From NCBI GenBank assembly GCA_039794845.1, contig JAUQVK010000049.1:1-15222 (forward strand): a stretch of DNA of 15,222 nt, written 5' to 3'. The notes under the pieces are model-generated. The model searched no databases and had not been told where the DNA came from. It saw only the letters and a program-made list of their open reading frames with translations. This DNA comes from Thermostichus sp. DRC_bins_24 (GTDB lineage Bacteria; Cyanobacteriota; Cyanobacteriia; Thermostichales; Thermostichaceae). A program made the translations under genes and the position numbers. Below are positions 14,849-15,222 of the stretch, in pieces; within the stretch, counting starts at the first letter, position 1, and every line of letters begins with the position of its first letter.

Positions 14849-15222
14849 ATGGCTGTTGTCGACAGATTAAACATTAAATGCAATAAGTTTACAATACCAG
14901 AAGATGTGGTCGAAGCGGTAAAAGCTAGTCCATTATTTGCACACAAAGAAATTGAGACAGGCCCCGAGGTGTACGCTCCTGGATTTGAAAAGATGAAAGG
15001 CTGTTACCTTTTTTTTAAAGATAATGAGATAGATTATTCAATCGAAGAGGCACGTGATTTCTTTCAGAAAACAATGTTCGATTGCTATGGTTTCATTCAT
15101 TCTATTGAAATTAGCTGCCGGAAATCAACTGGGCCTTATTGGATATCATTCTTGAAGTTTGTTAACTTTCTGTTGTCAGAAGATGATGGAGATGCCGTCT
15201 TACTGGCCAATGGAGAAGATAC
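14849..15222 (+). CDS. Second candidate immunity protein, SitI3-like; partial, runs off the window end
   Basis: AGGAG RBS at 14836-14840, ATG at 14849, and no stop to the window end: MAVVDRLNIKCNKFTIPEDVVEAVKASPLFAHKEIETGPEVYAPGFEKMKGCYLFFKDNEIDYSIEEARDFFQKTMFDCYGFIHSIEISCRKSTGPYWISFLKFVNFLLSEDDGDAVLLANGED. LL....GDAVLL.NGE recalls SitI3-family immunity proteins. Not in the ORF track because it lacks a stop. Confidence 0.7.
   Translation, partial: MAVVDRLNIKCNKFTIPEDVVEAVKASPLFAHKEIETGPEVYAPGFEKMKGCYLFFKDNEIDYSIEEARDFFQKTMFDCYGFIHSIEISCRKSTGPYWISFLKFVNFLLSEDDGDAVLLANGED

Noticed and set aside
15009..15016. T8 tract as a phase-variation or frameshift site
   Set aside because: The reading frame is intact through it (CTT TTT TTT), and such runs are expected in AT-rich DNA.

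Overview
Cyanobacterial chromosomal window. The very frequent GGGATCCC palindrome, which replaces canonical HIP1 GCGATCGC, suggests a hot-spring Thermostichus/Yellowstone-type Synechococcus (inference). Left to right: a degraded IS200/IS605 tnpB remnant; sigA/rpoD (-) divergent from metH (+); a frameshifted CHRD-domain fragment; the 45-aa NDH-1 subunit ndhQ (absent from the ORF track) overlapping mutY, which has a complete C-terminal Nudix box; a CBS-PAS-GGDEF-EAL c-di-GMP enzyme; a small hypothetical gene; a cluster of IS200/IS605-like end hairpins abutting a truncated Rpn/DUF4351 gene. The most interesting part is 12023-15222, an apparent lipoprotein-anchored polymorphic toxin locus. It has a 771-aa lipoprotein with a host-like N-terminal body, a hydrophobic segment and an AT-rich C-terminal PD-(D/E)XK-like nuclease tip. 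This is followed by a DUF6086-like candidate immunity gene and a second, SitI3-like candidate orphan immunity gene that runs off the window end. All family assignments come from motif recognition by eye, not database searches.
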